Source: Eledone cirrhosa (lineage: Eukaryota). Taken from it: a stretch of 64,000 nucleotides of DNA. Positions 15,531 through 29,020 of the stretch are shown here, in pieces. The DNA lies in assembly GCA_964016885.1 (NCBI GenBank), contig OZ024749.1:36952001-37016000 (forward strand), written 5' to 3'. The notes under the pieces were generated by a model that worked only from the letters and a program-made list of their open reading frames with translations, did no database searches and was not told the origin of the DNA. Position 1 is the stretch's first letter. Every line of letters begins with the position of its first letter. The translations under genes were made by a program, and so were the position numbers.

Positions 15531-15825
15531 GTGAGGTTTTTTTTACAAATTGAAAAATAACCGAGGTGTCCTACACGAGTGAAAGTATAAAGAAAAAGAG
15601 ATGAAATCGAAAATGCAACTGGAGTCTTATTTTTCAAAAAAATATATATATTTATTTGGTTCCTTTACCGGTTTCGCAGTTCTTCTGCTTTTCAAAAGGT
15701 GAGTTGAAATGGAGGGTCTGTGGTTTTACTCACATCAAACCGGTAAAGGAACCAAATAATTATATATATTTAAAAAAAAGATAAGACTCCAGTTGCATTT
15801 TCGATTTCATCTCTTTTTCTTTATA
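15523..15825 (-). mobile_element. Fold-back HHR element, family D, in (TA)n
   Basis: Inverted arms ~15586-15674 and 15737-15825; (TA)n on both sides; homologues at 21775-21985 and 32960-33130. Confidence 0.8.
15662..15699 (-). ncRNA. 38-nt minimal type I hammerhead with U3-A8 core variant
   Basis: Minus strand: cctt TTGAAAA gcag-aagaa-ctgc GAA ACCGGT A aagg. Confidence 0.75.
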
Positions 15826-15859
15826 TATATACATATATATATATATATGTATATATATG

Positions 15860-15891
<32 letters not shown>

Positions 15892-15940
15892 TACACACGT
15901 ATATGTATATATATATCATCATGGCCTCAGCCTATCGGCT

Positions 15941-15998
<58 letters not shown>

Positions 15999-16045
15999 CA
16001 TATATATATATATATATATATCATCATGGCCTCAGCCTATCGGCT

Positions 16046-16305
<260 letters not shown>

Positions 16306-16308
16306 CAC

Positions 16309-16353
<45 letters not shown>

Positions 16354-16356
16354 CAT

Positions 16357-16418
<62 letters not shown>

Positions 16419-16477
16419 ACATACATACATATATATGTGTGCATATGTATATATATATATATATATATATACATATG

Positions 16478-16511
<34 letters not shown>

Positions 16512-16641
16512 AATATATATCTACATATATATATGTGTGCATATGAATGCATCTATAGACGTGTGTATTGTATGTCAGTCAGTATGTCTACATATGCATG
16601 TATGTGTGTGGGTGAGATTAAGAGTGAGAGAGAGAGAGGGA

Positions 16642-16688
<47 letters not shown>

Positions 16689-16893
16689 ATTATGTGTGCC
16701 TGTATGGCCAGGTGTGATGCAGACATCACCCCCCGAGACAAACCTTCAAAAGAACTGGACTGTAATATATATATTTGTGTCTCTCTTTAACACGATATAT
16801 TTTATTACTGTAAGATGGATGGTGGTTGATACAACTGTAGACACGCACACACATGTACATATGCACACACATGTACACACATACACACACACA

Positions 16894-16950
<57 letters not shown>

Positions 16951-17112
16951 ACACACATACATGCACAAACACACACACACACATACACCGGCGTTCACAT
17001 ATATATATATATATCTCGTATATGTATATATTTATATAAATGTGTGTATATATACATGTATACGCATATGCATATATATGCATGCATCTACATATAGATA
17101 TGCATATACATA

Positions 17113-17167
<55 letters not shown>

Positions 17168-17831
17168 GTATATATATGCATGCATATAAATACATATATA
17201 TAAATATAAGTGTGTGTGTGTATTTTATCGCTTTGTCATGAGGCAGGACTGCACCATGATCCGATTTCAGAGGCTCCAAGCCTGGTTTAAGGGATAGGGA
17301 GTGTGCTATTGTAAAACCTATTAAAGGATTATGTCTATCTTCTCGAGTGTGCCATGGCGAGATTTGATCCCAGAAAGCTTACAGTTCCGGAAGTCATATT
17401 TAATTTTCCGAAATACAATATGTCTGATAAGTAATATAAAAATAATGTCCTATTTCTTTTATTAGTTTCAGTGACTATACAGGAGCCATGCTGGAGCATC
17501 GCATCTGGCATTTATATTAATTATCTCATTTTGTCAAACAGTTAAGTTACGGATAAAGAAAGCCCCCCCCCCCCCCCCAAAAAAAAAACAACAACAAAAA
17601 CAAAACAAACAAACAAAAAACAAAAAAACAAAAAAAAACAACAACAACAACAACTCACATATAAATATATATACGTGTTTCTATAGGTTTCGACCATAAT
17701 ATTTTCTTCATATGTCATAGGTAAAGCCTGGGAAGCATCTGCCTAAGGTGTGAACTCGAAACCACGCGGTTTCTTAGTCTCATATTGGTGAAAAATATAG
17801 TGTGAGCAAATAATAATAATAGACATTTACA

Positions 17832-17880
<49 letters not shown>

Positions 17881-18049
17881 TACCTAAGCACCCCCCATCC
17901 CAAATCTATAGCGGAAGCTCTGTATATACATACACATATATATGTATAAATATATATATATTTGGGAGTGTCATATTTGTTGTAATATTATTGCAAACAC
18001 ACACACCAAACATTATATACACACGCAAACGCATGCGCAGAGGCGGAGA

Positions 18050-18089
<40 letters not shown>

Positions 18090-18114
<25 letters not shown>

Positions 18115-18770
18115 AAATGCCGTAAACACAACACAATATGAGGGAACATGATAATAGTACTACTGATGATGTTGCAGATGTGCAACGAAAGAACTTTGTT
18201 AGACTATATATATATATTTATATCAGTATTTTTTACCGTTGGTCAGTCAGTGATAAACATTGATGGCCAAATGAATTAAATATGGAGATATAAAAGATGC
18301 AGAAGCGAAAACCAACCAAACAGTGAGTGTGTTCCGTTAATATTTCTGGCAATATTAGTGTTGGCCTTGCGCTTATAGTAGAAATAATTATTATTAATAC
18401 ACACTCTGTTTTAGTCCTGTGTCATCCTAACGTTTGCTTAATGTAAACCCTTTGTGTGAATAAAGAGATCATTATTAATTGGCAGGCGGTGAATTGGCAG
18501 TATCAGTAGAGAGTCGGACGCCATACTTTCCAGCATAGTTACGTCCCTTTACGATCTGAGTTCAAATCCCGCCGAGGTTGACTTTGCCTTTCATCCTTAC
18601 GGGGTCGATAAAATAAAGTACCAGTAATGCACTGGGTAATTTGCTGGCCTTGTGCCTAAAGTAGAAACAATATTATTATAACAATATGACCCTCCCCAAG
18701 TATAACAATATTTCTTTCGACACACAATTTCATATCAAAAGCCTCGCAAAACAAATTCATCGCCGTCATT
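18090..18770 (+). mobile_element. Family E HHR element interrupted by a SINE; hammerhead core at ~18158-18202
   Basis: CTGATGA t gttgca-gatg-tgcaac GAA AGAACT; collinear with the reverse complement of 43951-44330; SINE at 18484-18672 inserted. Confidence 0.7.
18484..18672 (+). mobile_element. Full-length tRNA-derived SINE
   Basis: ggcggtgaattggcag head, B box, core and agaaacaat end. Confidence 0.9.
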
Positions 18771-18780
18771 ATATATATAA

Positions 18781-18815
<35 letters not shown>

Positions 18816-18862
18816 TATATACATATATATAAGAACAAAAGATGGTTAAAAGAGTTCCATGT

Positions 18863-18931
18863 ATTTTATTATGCGCATTTCAAAAACAAATATCATCATG
18901 CAATAATATTTGTGTTTTCATCAGATAAAAC
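18863..18931 (-). ncRNA. Type I hammerhead (family A, minus-arm copy)
   Basis: Reverse complement of 19060-19128. Confidence 0.8.
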
Positions 18932-19059
18932 ATGAAGACATGATATGAAGGTTAAAAAACACTTGTGGATAGTTCAGTTTTAAATCAACATATCAAGATA
19001 TGTTGATTTAAAACTGAACTATCCACAAGTGTTTTTTAACCTTCATATCATGTCTTCAT

Positions 19060-19128
19060 GTTTTATCTGATGAAAACACAAATATTATTGCATGATGATA
19101 TTTGTTTTTGAAATGCGCATAATAAAAT
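19060..19128 (+). ncRNA. Type I hammerhead (family A)
   Basis: gttttat CTGATGA aaacacaaatat...atatttgttttt GAA ATGCGCAT A ataaaat; predicted cleavage after 19121. Confidence 0.8.
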
Positions 19129-19333
19129 ACATGGAACTCTTTTAACCATCTTTTGTTCTTATATATTTTGTATACTCCAGTCCTACAAACTGTAGAGTGC
19201 TTATTATCCGATATCTGCATTGCTTTATTGTACTACAATAAAACTCACCTCCTACATTATATATATATATATATATATAAATGGAAAAAATGTAACGAAA
19301 TTTCATTTCTCACTCTTAGTACGGCCGTTACTT

Positions 19334-19630
19334 AAATATAAATATGTATACGCACATACACACATGTATACAGACACACAGTAGTATGTATATATATATA
19401 CATACATGCACACACACATATATGCACGTATGGATTTACCGAACATTTATTATAATGCTCGGTTTGTTTGTAAACAAACATCCCGAATTTGTTTACAAAC
19501 AAACCGAGCATTATAATAAATGTTCGGTAAATCCATACGTGCATATATGTGTGTGTGCATGTATGTATATATATATATACTACTGTGTGTCTGTATACAT
19601 GTGTGTATGTGCGTATACATACTTATATTT
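19334..19630. repeat. ~145-bp-arm inverted repeat, 9-nt loop
   Basis: Arms ~19334-19478 and 19488-19630; no HHR core seen. Confidence 0.9.
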
Positions 19631-19634
19631 ATAT

Positions 19635-19728
<94 letters not shown>

Positions 19729-20423
19729 TCATTATGTCCAATTACCAAAGTATTTATATCGAACAAAGGAATAATTATTTCATTCTTTAATGCGAAACGG
19801 AATTAGAATCTCCATGGCTAGATTGATGACGAGAGTTTTCTGGCGAGACATCTCCCTCTCTCTCACACAGCCCCCCCTCTCTCTTTTCTTCTATCTCTAT
19901 CAATCTCTCTATCTCTCTACCTATCATATTATTATTTTCTGGACGATGGAGTGGCAGTTTAAGAGGAGGGGAACGCTGTTTAAACCGACCCTAGTACTTG
20001 ACTCATACTTTATTTTATCAAGCTGGAAAAAAAAAAAGTTATAGTTGACATCGGCGGGATTTGAACTCAGAATGAAGGGGTCGTAACTAAATAACGCAAA
20101 ACATATTTTCTGACACTCTAATGATTTTGTCAATCCACTATTTTTTTACAGCAATTCTCTGTAGAAAAAGTCGTAGTAGTAATAGTAATAGATGTAGTGT
20201 TGGTGGTAGTGTTGGTAGTGGTTAGTAGTGGTTAGTGGTAGTGTTGGTAGTGGTTAGTAGTGGTTAGTGGTAGTGTTGGTAGTGGTTAGTAGTAGTTAGT
20301 AGTAGTAATATTAGTAGTGGCAACGGCGGCAGCAGTAGTCGTAGTAACAATAATAATAATGATATTACGCGGCGCTGGTATTAAGTTGTATACATTGATA
20401 CACACACGCACACACACACACAC

Positions 20424-20462
<39 letters not shown>

Positions 20463-20466
<4 letters not shown>

Positions 20467-20748
20467 GAAAAAGTAAGTCCTTCATCAGTGACCCTCCAAC
20501 CGTCCCAGGCATTTTATCGCTTTAAGGGCCATATACCTCAGGTTGGTGCGAACAACGGGTAAAAAAAGTCGTTGGGACACGTAAATAAAGGGGACGTTAT
20601 GTTTGTTACCCTAACGTCCCCTTTATTTACGTGTCCCAACGACTTTTTTTAGCCGTTGTTCGCACCAACCTGAGGTATATGGCCCTTAAAGCGATGAAAT
20701 GCCTGGGACGGTTGGAGGGTCACTGATGAAGGACTAACTTTTTCATAT
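20463..20748. repeat. ~137-bp-arm inverted repeat, 12-nt loop
   Basis: Arms 20463-20599 and 20612-20748; carries the half core CTGATGAAGGAC on each arm. Confidence 0.9.
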
Positions 20749-20784
20749 GCACCCCATTTGCAACGCGCAGCCATCATTATTATC

Positions 20785-20861
<77 letters not shown>

Positions 20862-20864
<3 letters not shown>

Positions 20865-21038
20865 CGAAGGAAATGTGGTAAGGAACCAGGTGGACCATAA
20901 CGCACCAAAGTACTCAATACTTAGGGTAGTAGAGTGGGTAATAGGAACCAGTAAGACCCCGACGGCTGAGCTCAAGCCGTTTCGACGGCTAATTCTCGTC
21001 GAAACGGCTTGAGCTCAGCCGTCGGGGTCTTACTGGTT

Positions 21039-21043
<5 letters not shown>
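20862..21043 (-). mobile_element. Fold-back element, family C (3' half of hammerhead)
   Basis: Arms 20941-20987 and 20997-21043; GAA ACGGC-ttgagctca-GCCGT C equals helix III plus a GUC site; (TA)n flanks. Confidence 0.8.
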
Positions 21044-21082
<39 letters not shown>

Positions 21083-21416
21083 AATGGTAATAGATTAAAC
21101 GTACAGAACGTTGTAAAATCCATTATCGTAGCGTGAATTCCATGAAGACACTCAATATAACACATTTGGACAAATAGATCGAGAAAGTAAGTTTGTTGTA
21201 TTGTGGTATGTATGATAAAAGGCTGAGGTTTAGTGGTGAGGGTATTCGGCTCAGATACATACAGTCCTGCATTCTGTCCTTGAACAAGATGTTATGGTTC
21301 ACGTTTCTCCAGTACATTTAGTAGTTAAGGGCCGAAGCACTTGCCCTTTTATCTTGACCATTATCTTTTGTTTGGCACAACATTCTCTAAATGGCTACAA
21401 AAAAATTCCAAAATAT

Positions 21417-21742
21417 GGGCGCGAAATTTAATGTACTTGTTCACGTGACAGTCATAATTTCATTTATAACCAATCAAATTACATTTATAAAAAAAAGCCT
21501 TTGTGAGCCACCTTTTTTTTTAAGTAAAAAGAAATTCAAACACAAACTGGTGCGAAAGCTGATGTGCTTATTCACGTGACTGCATCAACCAACCAAATTT
21601 CATTCATATATGAACAAACAACTGAGCCCCCCTTTTTTTGAAGGCAAATATAATAAGAACTTTGTAACGCGAACTGGCGCGAAATTTATTATACCAACCA
21701 AATTACTTTTCTAAAAACCTAGCATTTCGAGCCACCTTTTTC
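21417..21742 (+). repeat. Three degenerate ~130-bp tandem units with E2F-like, E-box and CCAAT-like motifs
   Basis: GGCGCGAAA/GGTGCGAAA at ~21418, ~21549, ~21676; TCACGTGA twice; each unit ends GAGCC.CCTTTTT. Confidence 0.6.
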
Positions 21743-21774
21743 CATATAAAACAGAAGTAGCATTCGAAAACCAA

Positions 21775-21979
21775 CCAGATGTGAGAAAAACCACAAACCC
21801 TCCATCTCAATTCTACTTTTGAAAAGCAGAAGAACTGCAAAACCAGTAAAGGAACCAATTGAATATATTTAAAAAAAAAAAGACTCCAGTTGCATTTTCG
21901 ATTTCATCTTTTTTCCTTATACTTTCACTCGTGTAGGACACCTCGTTTTTTTTTTCACTTTGTAAAAAAACCTCACTTA

Positions 21980-21985
<6 letters not shown>
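21775..21985 (+). mobile_element. Family D element with mutated hammerhead (21815-21852)
   Basis: actt TTGAAAA gcag aagaa ctgc AAA ACCAGT A aagg (G12 lost); ends in (TA)n. Confidence 0.75.
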
Positions 21986-22036
<51 letters not shown>

Positions 22037-22168
22037 TGGATGCCCCACTCAACCCGCCCCCCCCAAAAAAAATGTATGCATGCTTTGATTACCTGTACAG
22101 GCAATATTTATTAGAATGCTGTTGAATTGTGTATATATTTTTTCTGGACACCCTGTATATATATATGC

Positions 22169-22231
<63 letters not shown>

Positions 22232-22242
22232 TAGGGAGAGAG

Positions 22243-22281
<39 letters not shown>

Positions 22282-22409
22282 TGCGGTGCTGAGACCAGGG
22301 AGGCAACTAATTATGGAAGTACTCAATGCATGGGGTAGATGCAGAGTGGGTATACATCTCTCTCTCTCTATATATATATACACACACACACGCACACAAA
22401 CACACACAC

Positions 22410-22447
<38 letters not shown>

Positions 22448-22514
22448 ACACACACACACACACACACGCACACACACACACACACACACACGCACGCACA
22501 CACACACACACGCA

Positions 22515-22655
<141 letters not shown>

Positions 22656-22656
22656 G

Positions 22657-22689
<33 letters not shown>

Positions 22690-22949
22690 GTTTGTCATAT
22701 TTGTGTTTTGCTTATTGCTATTGGTATGTTTGTGTTTGTGGTTTAAACAATATCAACAACAGCGAAAAACCAATATGTCTGTTGTCCCCTAATGACGGTG
22801 AGTGGGACACGCCCACCGTGGATGCCAGGGTTTGTTATGAAGACAGAAAAATAATATATCGTTTGGGGAATGGTTAATGGAGTGGTGCAGGGGTGGGGTG
22901 GCGGGGGATAGACCACAGGGGAAAAAGACGGAGCACAGTGTATGATGAC

Positions 22950-22957
22950 GAAGTTTG

Positions 22958-22991
<34 letters not shown>

Positions 22992-24560
22992 GAAGATATT
23001 AATGGTGGCCGTTGATGTTGGTGGTGTTGTGGGTCTTGGTGTTGATGATGATGATGTTGTTGATGATGATGATGATGTTGATGATGATGATGATGATGAT
23101 GTAGCTGTTAATAGTGGTAGTGCTGGTGTTAAGGGTCTTTGATGGTGTTAAGGGGTCGTGGTGTTGATGGCGACGATGTGGATGGTGATGAAGGTGATGT
23201 TATTGATGGTGGTGATGATGTTGATGTTGATGATGATGATGATGATGATGATGATGCTGGTAGTGCTGGTGGCGGGGATGTTGATGGAGTTGAGGGTCTT
23301 GGTGTTGATGGTGGTGGTGATGATTGTAGTGGTATTATTGATGGTGATAATGGTGTTGGCGGTGACTATAATGAAAGTGGTGGAGTTGATGATGATAGTG
23401 ATGGTGGTGGTGGTATGGTTGAGGTGGTGTGGTGTGGTGGTGGTAGTGTGGTGGTGGTGGTGTGGTGGTGGTAGTGTGGTGGTGGTGGTGTGGTGGTGGT
23501 GTGCTTGTGGTGGTGTTGATGATGATAGTGATGGTGGTGGTGGTATGGTTGAGGTGGTGTGGTGGTGTGGTGGTGGTAGTGTGGTGGTGTGGTGGTGGTG
23601 GTGTGGTGGTGGTGGTGGTGTGCTTGTAGTGGTGTTGATGATGATAGTGATGGTGGTGGTGGTGGTGTGGTGGTGGTGTGCTTGTGGTGGTGTTGATGAT
23701 GATAGTGATGGTGGTGGTGGTATGGTTGTGGTGGTGTGGTGGTGTGGTGGTGGTGTGGTAGTGGTGGTGGTGGTGACAACAACAACAAAACTTCGACCCA
23801 CAGCGTGACCCATGGAGAAGACAATCGAATCTACTACACCCACCGAGACTCAGGCACACACATACACACAAACACATACACTCACAAACACACACACACA
23901 CACTCAGAAATAAACTCACACACAGACACAGACACACACACACACACACACACATGTGGACAAATATATACGTAGCTGCACAGGCACACATAAACACACG
24001 CACACATACACACATGCACATAGACACACACATGGACGTAGCATCACAGACACACACATTGAACCACCAAAACCACCATCACTACTACCTCTACTACTAC
24101 CACTACCACCACCATCACCACCACCACCAAAGCCACCACCACCACCACAATCACTACTACTACCACCACCACCATCACCAAACCACTACTACTACCACTA
24201 CCACAACCACCACCACCACCACTACAACCACCACCACTACTGCCACTACCGCTACTACTACCACTACTACTACCACCGCTACCACCACTACTACCACCAC
24301 CACCACTACTACCACCACCGCTACCACCACCACCACTACTACCACCACTGCCACCACCACCACTACTACCACCACCACCACCACCACCACTACAACCACC
24401 ACCACTACTACCACCACCGCTACCACCACCACCACTACTACCATCACCACCACCACCACTACTACCACCACCACCACCACCACCACCACTACTACCACCA
24501 CCGCTACAACCACTACTACCACCACCACCACCACCACCACCACCACCACTACCACCACCA
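22950..24560. repeat. GAT/GGT triplet array followed by complementary CCA/CTA array
   Basis: G-rich block 22950-23780, C-rich block 24060-24560. Confidence 0.9.
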
Positions 24561-25133
24561 TATAAACGTATGTCTGCAGTTAATCAGACAAGAAACAGAC
24601 TGTATGATATAAATATTTGATTACCGCAGTTGGTCGCATGTCGCCTCCCCGTCACTCCTCCAGAAACGTCACACACGTGCCACACACACATACACTGTCA
24701 CATACATACACTGTTACATACATACACTGTCACATACATACACTGTCACATACATATACGTATAATCACACACACACACACACACACAAACGCTTACTTC
24801 TACAAACTCAAAGCTCAAACACACACATACACACATGCACGTGTGGCACATACATCCATGACACATACATGTCCCGACACTCACACACAGAGACGCACAC
24901 ACACATACATGCACTCCCATACATACGTACACACGTGCCACACACACACACATACACTCATACATACACTCACATACATACATTGCCCCATACGCATACG
25001 TATAATCATGCACACACATACACACTGTCACACATATATATATATATATACGCATATTCACACACAGACATTACCTCTTACACACACAAACATATAGCAC
25101 ACATACACACATACACCGACATTCACACACAGG

Positions 25134-25193
<60 letters not shown>

Positions 25194-25524
25194 CACAGTC
25201 ACACATATATAGACACATACACGCACTCACATACATACACCGTCACATATATATACGCATACTCACACACAAACAAATCTGCTTACACACACAAAGGCTT
25301 ACACCTACAAAAACATAACATACACACACACACACAAACACGGACACCATATTGATTGATATAAATGTACCGCTGGCTTCCCACTTGACCTATCACAGGC
25401 TTTATTAATGCCACAACACCGTCTTCAGCTTCGCCTGTCATATTTAACTTCACATAAATTTATTACGAAGAATAACACAAGAGTAACACAAAAGTAAAAT
25501 AAACAAAGAACAAAAGAAAAATAT

Positions 25525-25561
<37 letters not shown>

Positions 25562-25633
25562 AACCAACGTTAGTTCGTAAACATACAAAGATGCACCAAC
25601 ACTGACGACACAACAGCCGTCAGTTACAATTAA

Positions 25634-25762
25634 CTATGACTTGGTAGCATGTAGCAGGATTTGGATAAGACCCTCTGGTGCAGACTTAGACACGTTCACA
25701 AGCAGACTTAGAAACCTTCGCAAACCCCTACTTATTCGAGTGGAACGTTTAGGATGTGGCAA
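25634..25762 (-). CDS. Possible terminal coding exon of an unidentified host gene
   Basis: Minus-strand polypyrimidine plus CAG acceptor (tttttctgttcttgcag), open frame LPHPKRSTRISRGLRRFLSLLVNVSKSAPEGLIQILLHATKS then TAG; non-repetitive; no homology recognised. Confidence 0.3.
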   Translation of the reverse strand: MPHPKRSTRISRGLRRFLSLLVNVSKSAPEGLIQILLHATKS

Positions 25763-26498
25763 CTGCAAGAACAGAAAAACCTGCAACAGCAATGGGCTGG
25801 TACTTTCTTTTTCGACCCTAAAAAGATGAAATGAAAATTGGACCACGGCGTGATTTGAACTCAGGACGCATAGACGCGGAATTAATAGCCAGTGCTCTAA
25901 CAGCTATGCCAAATGTTGATTACCATACCCAAGCATACACACAACCATACATAGACATGCTCTCGTATGAAACTTATACACATATTCAGATACGAAAATA
26001 GATAGCTTCTTTATCTCACTATCGGCCATTTTTACACTGTAATTCACATCACTCACACATACATATATGGCACATATGTTTTCATTAGCAACATGGCCCT
26101 CAAAGTATATTGAATATATATATTCAATATGTATATGGACAGCAGTATTATAGACAAGCCAGCCAAAATGGCTACTGTTATATTTCAAGAAGTCAAGCGG
26201 GAATGAAACATTTCTTTTGAGGTCAAAGTGAAGAACAAGTTGTGGAGTGGAATGTTGAATGAGGGTTGCTTAAGCGAAGATAAAGGGATGTGTAGGTGGT
26301 GGAGTACGGACATTGAGTGTAAGATGTAGTGGAGTGTAAGGTAGAGTGAAGTGTGAGATGGAATGCAGGGTGTTGGTGGGGGAAGACAGTTGACTTTTTT
26401 TCGGTTCCTTCATTAATAACATCCATTATTGATCAACATTACAACTTAGAAAATACACGCTTCTCTCTGAAAGTCATGTAGCGTACAGTGAAACACAA

Positions 26499-26608
<110 letters not shown>

Positions 26609-26705
26609 GTACACGCACCCAAAGACACACTCACACAAAACATACACTCAAGTACACACACACTCTCACACGCAGATACATATACACAAACAGCCTATCA
26701 TATTT

Positions 26706-26740
<35 letters not shown>

Positions 26741-27151
26741 AAAATGTATACATATTGTGCACACAGATACACAACTGTATATGTACACACAAACAAATAC
26801 ACAAACCTACATTCATACGCACACACACACACACAGACACACACACAAACACACACACATGCACACACACATGCACACATGTACATAGTTACAGCGAAAC
26901 CTCTTCGTGTTTACATATATTCAATTTCTTTTGTTACATGTTTCATTCCTTAGACTTCAGTCATGTTAGAACACCCCCCCCAAACTTACAGAGATTTTAG
27001 TGGATCATAGCGATCCCAGTACTTATTTTCACAAGCCTCATATTTATTTCATCGATCTCTTTTTGTAGAACAACTACGTTACAGGACATAATCACAAATA
27101 CAGACACAAATGTAAATCGCACAGAAACACACACCTGCATACATACGTACA

Positions 27152-27761
27152 TGGTGGCTGCCAACTCGTTTTCGAGTACGGCCACTACTTCATATCCATG
27201 TAGGAGAACCCCTACTGATGCGCTGAACGAGTGTGACTTTTTAGTCCAGCCAGCGACTTGAAAACTCTGGTACAAACACTACACTTGTGACAATTATTGA
27301 CACATAGTGCTGGGCCCATGGTACCATGTGACGACAAGTGCAGAGAGATCTCCAGATATAAAGCAATGCCTGTGCCGTGAAGCTTTTATAGTGAGCAAAG
27401 GCACTGCACAAAGCCAGTCCCACTCTCTTAACCAAAATGATATTTACCAAAAAGAAGAACATGTCAACATCATTGGATACCATCAGGGTTGCAGGTGTTA
27501 TATCAGAGTTTTCCTTCTCCTAGAATTCTGCCTTGACAAAGGCTAAGGGGTCATCTCTCCCGGTGATTTTGGATGGCCATTGACTCTTAAGAGCTCCTTT
27601 TCCCTTTGACAAGTTTTGTTTTTAGTCCTGCAGGATGTCCAAAGTCACCCTCCTCACCAAGAAACCTTTGGTGGGGTTGCCAGTTTAGTCTCCAACGACC
27701 CGACCATGGGACAGCTTGTACTGGGATACATGTTACCAGTAGCACCAACTGGTGACCTGAT
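27152..27761 (-). mobile_element. Non-autonomous bipartite RTE derivative
   Basis: Reverse complement of 36194-36766 with ~35 extra 5' nt; (TATG)n on both sides. Confidence 0.85.
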
Positions 27762-27879
27762 ATATACATACATACATACATACATACGTACATACATACA
27801 TACATACATACATACATACATACATACATACATACATACATACATACATACATACATACATACACACCATATTAACATC

Positions 27880-28935
27880 ATATGAGACCCGGATAGTAAC
27901 AATGAAGCAACATCTTCAACAGAGGAAAAAGGTTGGCAACCATCTTGCCCATGTTTATGAGCATGAAAAAAAAATCATTAGAATAGCCACTGATCTGGAG
28001 GAGAGATATGGAATAAAGCCTGATATAAATCTCTCACCCAGAGAAATCGGAAGATCCTATTCAATGTTCAAACAAGATGAACAAATTGACCAATTTACAG
28101 AAAAAGTTGTGCATGGATACTTGAGACGTAAAACACAGACCATAGAGGGGATAAACCACTCAAAAAGCCTGGCATGGAGTTCCGACAAGTTTATGACATC
28201 ACACCTTGAGGGATATCTCTATGCAATACAGGAACAAGAACTCCTAACAAATATCTGCTGCACAAAAGGGGAGGGCCATCAACTGACAATAAATGTAGGC
28301 TATGTAAAACAAAGATCGAGGATGTAAGCCACATTGTTGCTAGCTGCGAAAGAATGTCATCCATGAGACACGATGGGATAGCTAGAACCATCTGGAACGC
28401 ACTTCGGAAAACAAAATTAACAACAAACAAGGAAGAATATATTGAGACAGATGGCAGTAAGGAATACTGGTGGAACCTGAAAATAAAAACTGCCACCAAA
28501 TTAAAGCACAACCGGCCTGATATTGTTGTTTGGGACCACACATTGAAAACGTGTTCTGTTGTGGAGATCAGCTGCCCACTTGATGTAAACGTTGTCAGAA
28601 AAATACAGACAGGAGAAGGAGGACATCTACGGACCATTGATGAGGAGTTTACAAATCCAGTATCCAAGATACACCTTTAGCTTCATACCCATCATTATTG
28701 GAGCTACGGGTTATATACCAACCCGCTTGGGCCAAAGTACGACTGAACTCGGATTTGCGGACAAAGAGCGCAGCTCCTTAATTCATAGTTTACAAATGGC
28801 TGCGATAGCTGGCACCTTCAAAATTTGCAAAACATTCTTGCGATTCAAGGGAAGACAATTTCTTTTCTTTTACAACCTTGCCACCAGGAAGGTGGCCGGT
28901 CAAAAAAATATACTCAAAATTAAGAGAAAGAGATA
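27880..28935 (+). mobile_element. R4/Dong-like non-LTR retrotransposon 3' fragment (CCHC finger plus restriction-like endonuclease), frameshifted
   Basis: Motifs HGYL, EGYLYAIQEQEL, RHDGIA, KHNRPDIVV, VEISCP, PIIIGATG spread over three frames. Confidence 0.85.
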
Positions 28936-28959
28936 ACATACAAACATATATACATACAT

Positions 28960-29020
<61 letters not shown>

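Larger units (their letters stand above)
18825..19258 (+). mobile_element. Fold-back HHR element, family A (~170-bp arms, 2-nt loop, 3' tail)
   Basis: Arms 18825-18994 and 18997-19166, then a unique tail to 19258; (TA)n on both sides. Confidence 0.9.

Noticed and set aside
22135-22160. Tc1/mariner-type TIR end (ttttctggacaccctgta)
   Set aside because: Only a single short end with no convincing partner TIR.
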